Shown piece after piece: positions 46,884 through 56,739 of a stretch of DNA of 64,000 bases. This DNA comes from Methanobacteriota archaeon. Lineage in GTDB: Archaea > Thermoplasmatota > Thermoplasmata > SG8-5 > JAGLSY01. Both the position numbers and the translations under genes were made by a program. Position 1 is the stretch's first letter. Each line of letters opens with the position of its first letter. The notes beneath the pieces are model-generated. The model saw only the letters and a program-made list of their open reading frames with translations, searched no databases and was not told the DNA's origin. Location: contig JAEHCO010000001.1 of the NCBI GenBank assembly GCA_020697715.1, positions 416,001 through 480,000 on the forward strand, read 5' to 3'.

Positions 46884-49643
46884 ATGGCCGAAAAAACCAA
46901 AGGAAAGGGAAAGAAGAAGTCAAAGGGTCCAAAGGAACAACCCTCCGAGACCAAGACATCGACCCAGTCCTCGACTAAGAAATCTAAACCTGCCAAGAAG
47001 ACAGCCAAATACGAATGTGGTTTTTGCGGTAAACTTGTCAACAATGCTCATAATCTAAAGGTACATGAACATCATTGTAAATCAAAAATAGAAGAGCGGG
47101 AAAAGAAAGACAATAACAGGGAGATCGAATCCGCGGTAAGAAAGTTAAAGGATGAATTCGAGGATCAAAGGGATCTATTTCAGAAAGAGGCCACGGATAG
47201 AGAGGACCAGCTTAGGCAGGAACTGGAAGAATTAAAGGATATTTTAAGACTGGAGATCAGACGCACACACCATGATAGTCCTCAAGGCCACAAGGCGACA
47301 TCACCAGAACTTCAGGATGAAGAGATCCCTGATGTCACTGCCCCTGTCGCTCCTGATAATATTATTCCAGAAAAGCCTGAATCAATAAGTGAGATAGTGG
47401 AATCCAGTGCTGAAGAGAAGGTTATCGAACCGGCTCCCATAGTTCAGGTAGTAACACCTCCTATGGCGCAAGCAGAGGCTCCCCCTCCTCAACCCCAACC
47501 CATGCCTGAAGAACCTATTGTGCCAGTGCAGGAGCTTGCAAAAACCACTCCCCTACCAGAAACCGTCCCCCCGTCCCCCCAAATTCCTTCTGAAAATGTA
47601 GCTCCGATGGACCCCGATAAAGAAGATATGGGAGTATCCAGACAAATGGTATTGGATCTGATAAAGGAGGAGATCGGAACTATGAGTTCGACATCTACTT
47701 CAGCAACCCCAATATCGGATAATTTAGATGATAGGCTGGGGGACATGGAGAATAAGATACGATCACTATCTTCGAGCGTTGATCAGATGGCGCGTGATAT
47801 AAAAACAGCAGATAGTAATACATCCATGGCTCTAGATGATAAACTATCCGAACTCGATCCAAAAAGATTTGATAGGGAGATAGAAAAAATATCCGACAGG
47901 GTCTTCGATATAATGGACGAGATCGGATATGGTGAGAGTTTGAATGTCGCCAAGATCCCACCGAACATACTGGAGATCGTCTACATGGCGACACTGGCAG
48001 ATATTGTGAAAGAGATGAACAAAGCTCTTGGAGATCAGGAAGCGGAGAACAAGATCAATAAGGCTTTGGAAGATGTCAGGCTCAGGACCAGTGGTAGCGA
48101 GCTCTTCAGGTTCGATGGAAGAAGAGTGGTGACCGAGAACCTTGCCAGATCAATAGAGACCAATATGATATCGGCCAAGCAGATCCAGACCACTTACACG
48201 GAGCTTCTGAAGAAACTTCTGGAGACAATTCCAGGATACAAAGCAAAGAATTTCCAAGCGATGATCAAGATAAAAAGTCAGGAATATGCTGTGGACAAGG
48301 CCACTGTTCTGAGTGAAAGTGTATCCAAGCTTGAAAGCAATATGAACAATATGGGTCAGATGATAGCAGCCTTTTCTTCCCAGCTAAGTGCGAGGGCACT
48401 TCAATTGGAAGGAGATATCAAGCAAAATAAGGAAGATATAGATGGTAAAAGCGATAAGACTGACATCGAAAATCTCCTGTCCAATATGATGGAGCGGGCT
48501 GAAGCAGATAGGTCCATGAGATCAAATCTAGAAGCATTGAAGGAAGAGCTCGATGCTATCAAGGAACTATCTAGGGATCTATCACAAAAACTTGAAGATT
48601 ATATTAGCTCCGGCTCAAAAAAGCCGGTCAAAAAACCTAAGGGTGAAAAAGCTCAAGATGAGGCAATAAAAGAACCCGAGATCGAAGAGAAGACCTCGGA
48701 AGAACGAACTCCTGAATCTGAAGCCCCAGAGCTTGAAAAGCCAGCTCCTGAAAAAGAGGCCAAGATGGACAAGAAGAAGACAACCAGGGATGAAATTATT
48801 GAAGCCGTGTCCGAGGGTTCTACCAGTAAAACAGCAATAAAGAAAAAATTGAAAATAACTGACAGTATTTTGAATAAAGAATTGGCGGCTCTTGTCAAGG
48901 AAAAGAAGATCCTGAAGAAAGGAACGAAGAACAGGCCTTCCTATGCCATGCCAGAGCTATCTGAGGATGTCAAGAAAGCTCCAAAAGAAATAACAAAGGA
49001 TAAATCTGAAAAACCCGCATCAAAGAAGAAAGTGGCGGGTGCTAAAGAAGAGCCAAGCAAGAAAGATGAAGAAAAACCAGCGGATAAAAAGAAATCATCT
49101 GCCAAGAAAAAAGAGAAGCTGGAGCAGAAGGAAGAAAGATCTCCAGTAAGATCAAATGATGGAGCAAGTGATAAATCGAAAAAGAAGGAAGAAGCTGGAT
49201 CCAAGGCTGTGGCAAAGAAGAAGGATAAAGAAAAGCCAGTGGACGATGCAGAGATCGACGCAACTCCTACCAAACCAGCTGAGAAACCTAAAGCCAAAGC
49301 CAAAGCCGCTGTGGAAACAACAGAGGCTACGGAGGAGAAAGATACCCCATCACCCGAAAAAGTGGAGGAGGATCTCCCCCCATCCAAGACCCTGGAGGAC
49401 CTGGATGACGCGGAGAAGAAGGTCCTTAGTGCGATCTCCAGCTCCGGGATCACATTGCCCAATCTTAAAAAAGCTGTTGCCAAGGATGTGAAATACACGG
49501 TCGTTCTGAGAGCTTTACGTGTATTATTGGATTCTGAATTCGTGGAAGCCGTTACCCAAGGTCGGCATACCGTATATCAAAAGATCAATGTCAAAAAAAT
49601 GGATAAAACTGGAAAGAAGAAAGATAAACAGGAGGTGAAGTAA
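46884..49643 (+). CDS. 919-aa multidomain protein: C2H2 Zn finger, coiled coils, Pro-rich and Lys/Glu-rich linkers, two wHTH-like domains
   Basis: YECGFCGK.....HNLKVHEHHC; heptad regions; IIEAVSEG...LNKELAALVKEKKI.KKG....SY; EKKVLSAI...LRALRVLLDSEFVE....GRHTVY. Confidence 0.8.
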   Translation: MAEKTKGKGKKKSKGPKEQPSETKTSTQSSTKKSKPAKKTAKYECGFCGKLVNNAHNLKVHEHHCKSKIEEREKKDNNREIESAVRKLKDEFEDQRDLFQKEATDREDQLRQELEELKDILRLEIRRTHHDSPQGHKATSPELQDEEIPDVTAPVAPDNIIPEKPESISEIVESSAEEKVIEPAPIVQVVTPPMAQAEAPPPQPQPMPEEPIVPVQELAKTTPLPETVPPSPQIPSENVAPMDPDKEDMGVSRQMVLDLIKEEIGTMSSTSTSATPISDNLDDRLGDMENKIRSLSSSVDQMARDIKTADSNTSMALDDKLSELDPKRFDREIEKISDRVFDIMDEIGYGESLNVAKIPPNILEIVYMATLADIVKEMNKALGDQEAENKINKALEDVRLRTSGSELFRFDGRRVVTENLARSIETNMISAKQIQTTYTELLKKLLETIPGYKAKNFQAMIKIKSQEYAVDKATVLSESVSKLESNMNNMGQMIAAFSSQLSARALQLEGDIKQNKEDIDGKSDKTDIENLLSNMMERAEADRSMRSNLEALKEELDAIKELSRDLSQKLEDYISSGSKKPVKKPKGEKAQDEAIKEPEIEEKTSEERTPESEAPELEKPAPEKEAKMDKKKTTRDEIIEAVSEGSTSKTAIKKKLKITDSILNKELAALVKEKKILKKGTKNRPSYAMPELSEDVKKAPKEITKDKSEKPASKKKVAGAKEEPSKKDEEKPADKKKSSAKKKEKLEQKEERSPVRSNDGASDKSKKKEEAGSKAVAKKKDKEKPVDDAEIDATPTKPAEKPKAKAKAAVETTEATEEKDTPSPEKVEEDLPPSKTLEDLDDAEKKVLSAISSSGITLPNLKKAVAKDVKYTVVLRALRVLLDSEFVEAVTQGRHTVYQKINVKKMDKTGKKKDKQEVK

Positions 49644-49644
49644 T

Positions 49645-50271
49645 TTGTTAGATGTAGCTCTCGTATCTTTAATTCAAGATATGAGCGAAAAAGCTGGTGT
49701 CGAAGGCACCATACAATATTGGGCTAGAGTAGGTGAAAGCTTGGCCAAAAGAATGGGCAAGGAAGCGTACATGGGATGGCCGTCCTTTAATGTGGCTTTG
49801 AGAGAAGGAAGAACAGCATTCTCCATTGAAGGATCTGTCACAGCATTGACCGATCTCGCCATCACGGATGTAGATGGTGATGTCGTTGGATACATATATG
49901 CTCTTGAGACATGTGTTTTCAACCCCACTACCGTGCGTATAAGGTACAGCGTGGGAGAACTGCCAAGGGCGGACAGAGCTGTTGCTGATGAATATAACAA
50001 TAGTGTGAGGGATACAGCAGTCTGTAATTTCTGTGTGATCCATCAGAGGTTCAGGGAAGAGGTTTCCAAGAACATCGCTATTGCGGATCAGCAATTGGAC
50101 TGTATCCAGCTGGCGGCAAGAGGTTTCACAGGAGAGACCAAGATCGCGGATGACTCCATGAAGAAGATTGGCATCAATCCAGAATACGTTCGCAGTCTTT
50201 TGAGGAACTATGCTTGCGTGTATGCCATAATGATGAAAGGCGCTCGTCTGAAAGGCGAGGAGGAAGATTAG
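49645..50271 (+). CDS. Cys/His-containing V4R/MetOD1-like hypothetical protein (paralogue A)
   Basis: GGAGGTGA SD before a TTG start; CVF and CNFCVIHQRFR; aligns by eye with the next ORF. Confidence 0.7.
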   Translation: MLDVALVSLIQDMSEKAGVEGTIQYWARVGESLAKRMGKEAYMGWPSFNVALREGRTAFSIEGSVTALTDLAITDVDGDVVGYIYALETCVFNPTTVRIRYSVGELPRADRAVADEYNNSVRDTAVCNFCVIHQRFREEVSKNIAIADQQLDCIQLAARGFTGETKIADDSMKKIGINPEYVRSLLRNYACVYAIMMKGARLKGEEED

Positions 50272-50284
50272 GAGGTGTTCGAAG

Positions 50285-50917
50285 ATGTCAAAACTAAAAA
50301 ATGATACTCGAGAGAGAAGAGCATTGATAGATGACAATCCACTGGTCGATGTAGCTGCCTGCCTGTTCCTGGAGGACATAGCGGATAAGCAGGGTGCTAG
50401 CGGTATGAACAATTACCTTGTCAGTCTCGCGACATCATTGGCAAAAAGTATGCCAGTGGAAGAGTACGATACCTGGGATGATTTCCTCGAGGCTTTGGTA
50501 AGTGGTGAATCCATCATATCTGCCTTTGAGGAAGTTGAGACCATCACCCCTAATTGCGCGGTAACCAAGATGTGTCCCTTCACACGAGGATGGCAGGAAT
50601 ACACCAAAAGGATCGGCGAGTTCTCCAAGATACACACGGATGTTGCCGAGTACTATAATTCCGTATACAAACCATGTGTCATCAATTCGATGTGTATCAT
50701 ACACCAGACATTCCGAAATGCAGCTGCAGAAAGGATATTCATTAAAGGCAATCCACTGCGATGCGCCAATATCGCGGCTGTATGGGAAGATGGAACGAGG
50801 AAGATCGCTCCTGATGAATGGTTACCCATACTCCTTGAAAAGGCACAGATAACCAGTACGGATCTCACGATGATACTGCGAAACAATGCAGATGTTTGGG
50901 TGATCTACACAGATTGA
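50285..50917 (+). CDS. Cys/His-containing V4R/MetOD1-like hypothetical protein (paralogue B)
   Basis: GGAGGTG SD; CPF and MCIIHQTFR; shares DVA, SLAK.M..E.Y..W..F..AL..G and LRN with paralogue A. Confidence 0.7.
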   Translation: MSKLKNDTRERRALIDDNPLVDVAACLFLEDIADKQGASGMNNYLVSLATSLAKSMPVEEYDTWDDFLEALVSGESIISAFEEVETITPNCAVTKMCPFTRGWQEYTKRIGEFSKIHTDVAEYYNSVYKPCVINSMCIIHQTFRNAAAERIFIKGNPLRCANIAAVWEDGTRKIAPDEWLPILLEKAQITSTDLTMILRNNADVWVIYTD

Positions 50918-50976
50918 GATAGATCGACCTGTGAAGTCTATCAATTCACACCTGCAATCCAAGTTTGACATTATGT

Positions 50977-51606
50977 ATGTCAAACTTGGCCATATTTAAT
51001 GGAAGTGAGAGCCTGCAATTACTCGGAAGAAGCGCAGATATAGAATACTTGAAAATAGAGGATGCTTCAGAGATAGATAGGTTTCACATTGTGGGTGTGG
51101 AGGAAGGAGACCTTGCAGGAGGAGGCTTTGAATTCTTCCGGGGTCTGGGGATCATCGGTTACAGAAATACTTTCAAGATGTGGCTGAGGAAGTTTCCTAG
51201 GCCGATATTCATCGCGGCAGTTAAAAATAGAAATATAGTGTCCTGGGTCTTCATTGAGGAATGGGATGACACTGCCAGGGATGGATCATCAGTATGGGTT
51301 CTCAGGGCTATCGAGACCATCGTCCCACTAAGAAAGAATAAAGTGGGCCACAGGATGTTGATGCTGGGTGCCAAACACAGCGTGGGATATCTTATCACGA
51401 AGCCTCTCACACCCGAAGCTTCGAGATTTTTCAATAGAGCGGGATTCATGGGAGTTACGGAATTTAGAAAGGTTCCCATAGATCTTTCTCGCAATCCTGG
51501 TTATGTCATCCTGCCACCTTTCCAGAAGAACAAATTGATAGATGGCATTGAGAGATATTTCTCACCTCATAAGATGGGTGAGGATGAGGTAAAAGATATT
51601 TTGTAA
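50977..51606 (+). CDS. GNAT-like acetyltransferase
   Basis: LRAIET...LRKNKVGHRML (motif A-like) and PEASRFF.RAGF (motif B). Confidence 0.7.
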   Translation: MSNLAIFNGSESLQLLGRSADIEYLKIEDASEIDRFHIVGVEEGDLAGGGFEFFRGLGIIGYRNTFKMWLRKFPRPIFIAAVKNRNIVSWVFIEEWDDTARDGSSVWVLRAIETIVPLRKNKVGHRMLMLGAKHSVGYLITKPLTPEASRFFNRAGFMGVTEFRKVPIDLSRNPGYVILPPFQKNKLIDGIERYFSPHKMGEDEVKDIL

Positions 51607-51658
51607 ATATATACCACAAATACTAAAACGATGATAAATAAATTGATAATTACTTGAT

Positions 51659-52591
51659 TCATTTTTTCAGCCAATATGGACTGGCCAGGTCTTCATGGGC
51701 ACTATTGGCGGCTATAGCTCCTTCCGAGCAGGCTGTTATGATCTGTCTGAAGCCACCACTGACATCGCCAGCTGCATAGAACAATGGTAAATTCGTTCTC
51801 TGTTCTTTATCTGTGATGATATACCCCTCATCATCTAATTCGATCCCCAGAACTTTTATAAGATCTGTCTGAGGGATATCGCCGATCGAAATGAATGCTC
51901 CATTGAAATCCACATCCGACATTTCCGAGGTCTTCACATTTTTAATTCTCAATCCTTCCAGCATATTCTCGCCAAGGAACTCTTCGACCACGGAATCATA
52001 CATCACGTGTATGCCCATCTCCGCTATGGTCTCTTTATGTCTATCCTCGGCTCTGAGCTCATCCCTTCTGTGGATGATGGTGACATCTATGCCCAATTTC
52101 TTGAGGAATATGGCCTCGGTGGCCGCATTATTGCCTCCACCCACTATGGCCACTTTCTTGCCCTTAAAGAAGAAACCATCGCAGGTGGCGCAATATGAAA
52201 CACCTTTGCCCGTCAATCGTCCTTCGCCAGGCGCCCCAAGTCTTCTGTGCACGGAGCCAGTTACATAGATCACTGATCTAAATTGATATTCATCCTTGGA
52301 TGTCTTGACAATGAAATGATCATCTTTTTTGGAAATAGCTTCCACTTTTTCACTATCCTTGATCTCCACGTATTTCTTGGCCTGGGCACGCATCTTGTCC
52401 ATAAGATCCATGCCGGAGATCTCTTCAAAGCCAGGATAGTTCTCTATCCACGGGGCTTGGTTTGCCTGGCCGCCGTATATTCCCTTGTCAAATACAACTG
52501 CCTTCAATCCACTGCGGATGGCGTAAATGCCGGCGGTGAGACCACCTGGTCCACCTCCGATTATAGCTATGTCCTGCATGCTCATGTTCAT
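51659..52591 (-). CDS. trxB: Thioredoxin reductase
   Basis: IIGGGPGG, IENYPG, SYCATCDG, VGGGN, HRRD and AAGD. Confidence 0.95.
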   Translation of the reverse strand: MNMSMQDIAIIGGGPGGLTAGIYAIRSGLKAVVFDKGIYGGQANQAPWIENYPGFEEISGMDLMDKMRAQAKKYVEIKDSEKVEAISKKDDHFIVKTSKDEYQFRSVIYVTGSVHRRLGAPGEGRLTGKGVSYCATCDGFFFKGKKVAIVGGGNNAATEAIFLKKLGIDVTIIHRRDELRAEDRHKETIAEMGIHVMYDSVVEEFLGENMLEGLRIKNVKTSEMSDVDFNGAFISIGDIPQTDLIKVLGIELDDEGYIITDKEQRTNLPLFYAAGDVSGGFRQIITACSEGAIAANSAHEDLASPYWLKK

Positions 52592-52604
52592 TTCTTCCTT
52601 TTAT

Positions 52605-52994
52605 CTATTGGAGCAATGAGTTGAGCTTCTGGACTATACTGTCCTTTGGAAGAGCTCCAACGGCTGTGTCGGCCAACTCGCCATTGACAAAGAAAAGCAT
52701 AGTGGGTATGCTCATTATGCTGTGCCTCATTGGAATGTCCCTGTTCTCATCTGTATTGAGCTTTCCAAATGCCACTTTACCCTTGTATTCTCCTGCCAGT
52801 TCATCAATGGTAGGCCCGAGCATTCTGCAAGGTCCGCACCATGGCGCCCAGCAATCTATTAGCACCACATTGTACTTCTTAACAAATTCATCGAAATTCT
52901 GATCTGTAACCGGTTCTGGTTTATCTGGCCAATCTGCTGTCATCATTAATTCCTCCAATTTTTTCTTTCTTATCATTTCCAATTCTTCGTCCAT
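52605..52994 (-). CDS. trxA: Thioredoxin
   Basis: WAPWCGPC and SIPT. Confidence 0.95.
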   Translation of the reverse strand: MDEELEMIRKKKLEELMMTADWPDKPEPVTDQNFDEFVKKYNVVLIDCWAPWCGPCRMLGPTIDELAGEYKGKVAFGKLNTDENRDIPMRHSIMSIPTMLFFVNGELADTAVGALPKDSIVQKLNSLLQ

Positions 52995-53204
52995 CTATAT
53001 CATTCCCTTCCTTAACCTTTTTGGACAGGTTGGATATACATGCCCAATTTCTTATAGACTAAATATATTTTCCCTCCTTTTTAATCGCTGTTAATATTTG
53101 GTCAATAACTCCAAAAATATCAATCCAGGTCTTCCACCATGCTCTCTTAGGTCCAAATCTGGCCTATATTCAATCTTTAATAGAATAAAGTCAATACCTG
53201 CTCG

Positions 53205-53990
53205 ATGAAAGGCATCATCTGTATATCGGGAATGGACCCGTCCGGTGGGTCCGGCATTGCGGCGGATATCAGGGCCAGTTCTTACATCGGCGTCCCATGC
53301 TTTCCAGTCATATCCAGCATCGCTTCCCAGACAAATGATGATGTTCTTGACATTCAACCTGCTCCATCTCTATCTCGGCAACTGAGAGCGGCCCTGGCCT
53401 CGGATCCTGCAGCCATCAAGATAGGACTTCTGCATGCTCCAGATACCATAAGGATCGTGGCCCATGAACTAAAAAAGATGAAAGGCAAGCCGATTGTTCT
53501 GGACACCGTCTTCGCATCATCCAGTGGACACTCACTGGTCACTGAAGACCTCATATCCACCTTTATTGACACAATGATACCCCTTGCCACTATCCTCACA
53601 CCCAATATTCCAGAGGCCGAAGCTCTCACAGGCCTGGATATCCACACCCAGGATGATGTGGAAGAGGCATGCCGTCAATTACACACCATGGGGGCCAGTA
53701 ATATCATCATGAAGGGCGGCCATCTTGAAGGAGCGGAGGCCTTGGACACCCTCTTTGATGGCACATTATTCTACACATTCTCGGGGAAAAGGATCTCAGG
53801 CAAATTCAGAGGTACTGGCTGCTCATATTCCACGCTCATCACGTCTCTGATGGGCCAGGGTACGAATGTCAAGGAAGCGGTTGCAGGGGCCAAGGAACGC
53901 CTGCAAGCTGCTATCGAACGAGCCGCAGGCTCCGGCCAGTCTGCTCATCATATGCTTTTCCTGGGCGGAGTTAAGGGAGGGTCACAATGA
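53205..53990 (+). CDS. thiD: Hydroxymethylpyrimidine/phosphomethylpyrimidine kinase
   Basis: GMDPSGGSGIAAD, IKIGLL, TPNIPEA, KGGH and RGTGC. Confidence 0.92.
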   Translation: MKGIICISGMDPSGGSGIAADIRASSYIGVPCFPVISSIASQTNDDVLDIQPAPSLSRQLRAALASDPAAIKIGLLHAPDTIRIVAHELKKMKGKPIVLDTVFASSSGHSLVTEDLISTFIDTMIPLATILTPNIPEAEALTGLDIHTQDDVEEACRQLHTMGASNIIMKGGHLEGAEALDTLFDGTLFYTFSGKRISGKFRGTGCSYSTLITSLMGQGTNVKEAVAGAKERLQAAIERAAGSGQSAHHMLFLGGVKGGSQ

Positions 53991-55150
53991 GGATCGGAAT
54001 GTTCACAGATGCCTGGCTACCCACTCACGATGGGACCGTGACGTCCATCATCAAGTTCAGGGAAAGCCTGGAGAAACTGGGACACAAGGTTTTCATATTC
54101 GCTCCAGGAGACACCACGGGGCCATCGGATCATGATGACAATGTATTCCTGTTCAAGGCCAAGACCTTCAAGCAATATCCGGAATACAAGCTCGCTATAG
54201 CTCCTTCCAAATGGAAGACTGACATGATCCTGGAGAATGATATCGAGATACTGCACAATCACGGCATCGCCTTCATGGCGCTCAAGGCGATGATAGGCTC
54301 CAATCTGACCAATATTCCATGTCTTCTGAACTTTCACACATGGGTGACCGAGGTTCAGGAGTATTATCCAGTTAATCTGAATGAGGATCTGATGGTATAT
54401 CTTTCATGGATATACCTCCGGGTGCTGATCGAGAGAAGTGATGGTGTGGTGACACCCAGCGAATCCGCCATGAGGGAATTGAAGGAAAAATGTCCCAATA
54501 TGCGATATACCAATGTCGTCGCTCCAGGCATTGATTTCAATAATTTCAACCAAAATATAGATGGTTCGGGCATCAGGAAGGATCTTGGATTGGAGGATTC
54601 CGAGGTTTTGGTACACGTGGGACGCGTATCTGGTGAAAAGAACCTGGAATTGATATTCAAGGCATTACCCATCATAAAGAAAGAGAAGCCGAATGTGAAG
54701 CTTCTCGTTGTGGGAAAGGGGCCAGCCAAATCTCATTATGAGAAAATGGCTCATCAGATGGGATTACAGGACACGATCAAGTTCACTGGATTTGTAGCAG
54801 ATGAGGTCCTGCCACAATATTACGCTGCCGGAGATGCATTTGTATTGGCATCTCCTTTCGAAACTTTGGGAATAGTGATGATCGAAGCTTTGGCAATGGG
54901 ACTTCCTGTCGCGGGTTTGAACTATCGAGTTGTTCCTGATATTATCAAGGATGGCCATAATGGTCATTTGTTCAATAATGATCCAATGGACTGCGCGCGC
55001 CAGATATTGAACACTCTGAACAATAGTGATGATCTAATACCAAATACCACACCCACGGCCAAGAAATTCGATAATATGGAGAGCGGTAAGAAACTTGCCC
55101 AAGTATACAAGGAAGTTATAGACAAGTACCAGAAAGAGCGTGCTAGATAA
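53987..55150 (+). CDS. Glycosyltransferase family 4
   Basis: MRIGMFTD, GRVSGEKN and S.FETLGIVMIEALAMGLPV. Confidence 0.92.
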   Translation: MRIGMFTDAWLPTHDGTVTSIIKFRESLEKLGHKVFIFAPGDTTGPSDHDDNVFLFKAKTFKQYPEYKLAIAPSKWKTDMILENDIEILHNHGIAFMALKAMIGSNLTNIPCLLNFHTWVTEVQEYYPVNLNEDLMVYLSWIYLRVLIERSDGVVTPSESAMRELKEKCPNMRYTNVVAPGIDFNNFNQNIDGSGIRKDLGLEDSEVLVHVGRVSGEKNLELIFKALPIIKKEKPNVKLLVVGKGPAKSHYEKMAHQMGLQDTIKFTGFVADEVLPQYYAAGDAFVLASPFETLGIVMIEALAMGLPVAGLNYRVVPDIIKDGHNGHLFNNDPMDCARQILNTLNNSDDLIPNTTPTAKKFDNMESGKKLAQVYKEVIDKYQKERAR

Positions 55151-55199
55151 TTCTATAGATCATGATTTTACTAATCGCCCAGACCAGTTCGATCTACAA

Positions 55200-56081
55200 C
55201 TAATTCTCAATGACCTCTTCCACAGTTATCTCGAATATCAATGTCTTGCCAACAACCTCTGAATTGTAATCGAGGGTGTATGTTCCAGCAACGGTATCAA
55301 CGCCACTTAACATGAAGGGTGCGACATTGTTATTGGAATAGATATTGTTCGCGTCAGCTTCTGTCACGAGGTGTTTGATAGTGATCTCTCCGCCATTGGT
55401 CGCACTGTCTATTCCAGTGACCTCGTAATCCCAGGCTTCAACGTATTCAAATATCTGTCCAACCGATGGCTCGTATTTCAATATGACCTCATCAGCATTT
55501 TCATCCACAAAGTACACGCTGGTATCCCAACCCCATACAGCGTCAGTAACAGTCATACCAACTACTGGCTCTATGGAATAGGTGTTCACAAAGCTGGATG
55601 TATTGAATTCCGTCGTATACATCGGGATCGTGTCAATTATGTCAAAGGTCCTCATGAGTTCAGGATCTGAATCTCCATAGGCCTTGTCGGATGGAATGGT
55701 CACTTTCTTGGTCTGGCCTACAGCCATACCGATGACTCCTTTCTCGAATCCCTCAACGACCTCATGCTCTCCCACTGTGAAGGAAAGGGTTGTGTAAGTG
55801 GTTCTTGGGGTGAAAGAGAAAGATTTTGGATACAAAGCGTCATTTTCAGCAACTTCTACATGGGATGTGTCAAAGACAGTACCATCCTCGAACATTCCAG
55901 TATAATTCACCAATACTTTGTCCCCTAACTCGACATATACATAGGATCCTTCAAAAGCATCCTGGGAATCATTCATATTATTATAGCTAACAACACCCAC
56001 AATGGATAGAACGATCACCACTATGATGGTCACGATAATCTTCATGTCAAAGAATCCTTCAGAGTCATTACTTTTAGCCAT
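55200..56081 (-). CDS. Membrane-anchored FKBP-type peptidyl-prolyl isomerase
   Basis: N-terminal TM; GDKVLVNYTG...GTVFDTS, GFEKGVIGM, AYG and DYN...GKTLIFEI, with a long insert. Confidence 0.88.
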   Translation of the reverse strand: MAKSNDSEGFFDMKIIVTIIVVIVLSIVGVVSYNNMNDSQDAFEGSYVYVELGDKVLVNYTGMFEDGTVFDTSHVEVAENDALYPKSFSFTPRTTYTTLSFTVGEHEVVEGFEKGVIGMAVGQTKKVTIPSDKAYGDSDPELMRTFDIIDTIPMYTTEFNTSSFVNTYSIEPVVGMTVTDAVWGWDTSVYFVDENADEVILKYEPSVGQIFEYVEAWDYEVTGIDSATNGGEITIKHLVTEADANNIYSNNNVAPFMLSGVDTVAGTYTLDYNSEVVGKTLIFEITVEEVIEN

Positions 56082-56113
56082 AATATCCCTTCTTCAAATT
56101 GAATAAAAAAATA

Positions 56114-56136
56114 AATTGGAGGCATTGCCTCCAATT
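56114..56136 (-). terminator. Hairpin with - strand U-tract
   Basis: AATTGGAGGCA-T-TGCCTCCAATT preceded by AATAAAAAAATA. Confidence 0.6.
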
Positions 56137-56396
56137 CACATATTTTTTATTTTGTCAGCTACGAAAGATCTAATCTCTTCGTCATCTGGGATGGTGAGTG
56201 ATTTCTTGAATCTCTCGCTTCCATCTGGGAGATAGTATCCCCTGGAGACTGAAATAAACTCATTCTCCCCATCATCTGTCTTCGCCCTCTTCCTTGCGAT
56301 CTCAAGGAAATTGTTCCTTCCGAAGTTCACTTTCTCGCTGGCTACTGTTTCAAATTCTACTCTTGATCTTGGTTCATATTCGTCCATTTCAATCAA
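56136..56396 (-). CDS. Small conserved protein, possibly PC4/PUR-like nucleic-acid binding
   Basis: FLEIARKR...FISVSRGY...G..RFKKSLTIP beta pattern followed by a short helix. Confidence 0.6.
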   Translation of the reverse strand: MIEMDEYEPRSRVEFETVASEKVNFGRNNFLEIARKRAKTDDGENEFISVSRGYYLPDGSERFKKSLTIPDDEEIRSFVADKIKNM

Positions 56397-56666
56397 TCCT
56401 TTTTGTGGTTTATCTTTAGGAATTTTATATAACTACTCCCCAAAGTAAAGCCCCTCAATTACTTATATATTATAAAGGTTTGTATAATTATACATATTAA
56501 TATTGTATCTACTAACATATAGATTGTTATATGTATATATGGGCTGATAAGATCGATGCCAGTAACAGAATCGAATCAAACACTTTACTGTTGACATGTT
56601 TTGGGTCGTGTTAGATCTTCTAAATGCGTGGGATAAATTTGTAAAGTCGCATTTAGAAAAAAAACA

Positions 56667-56739
56667 TGCGGTAGGCCGGACTCGAACCAGCGACTTCAAG
56701 ATCTTCAGTCTTGCACTCTCCCAACTGAGTTACTACCGC
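56667..56739 (-). tRNA. tRNA-Phe(GAA)
   Basis: GCGGTAG/CTACCGC acceptor stem, CAAGA-CTGAAGA-TCTTG anticodon arm, GCTGG-TTCGAGT-CCGGC T-arm. Confidence 0.95.
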
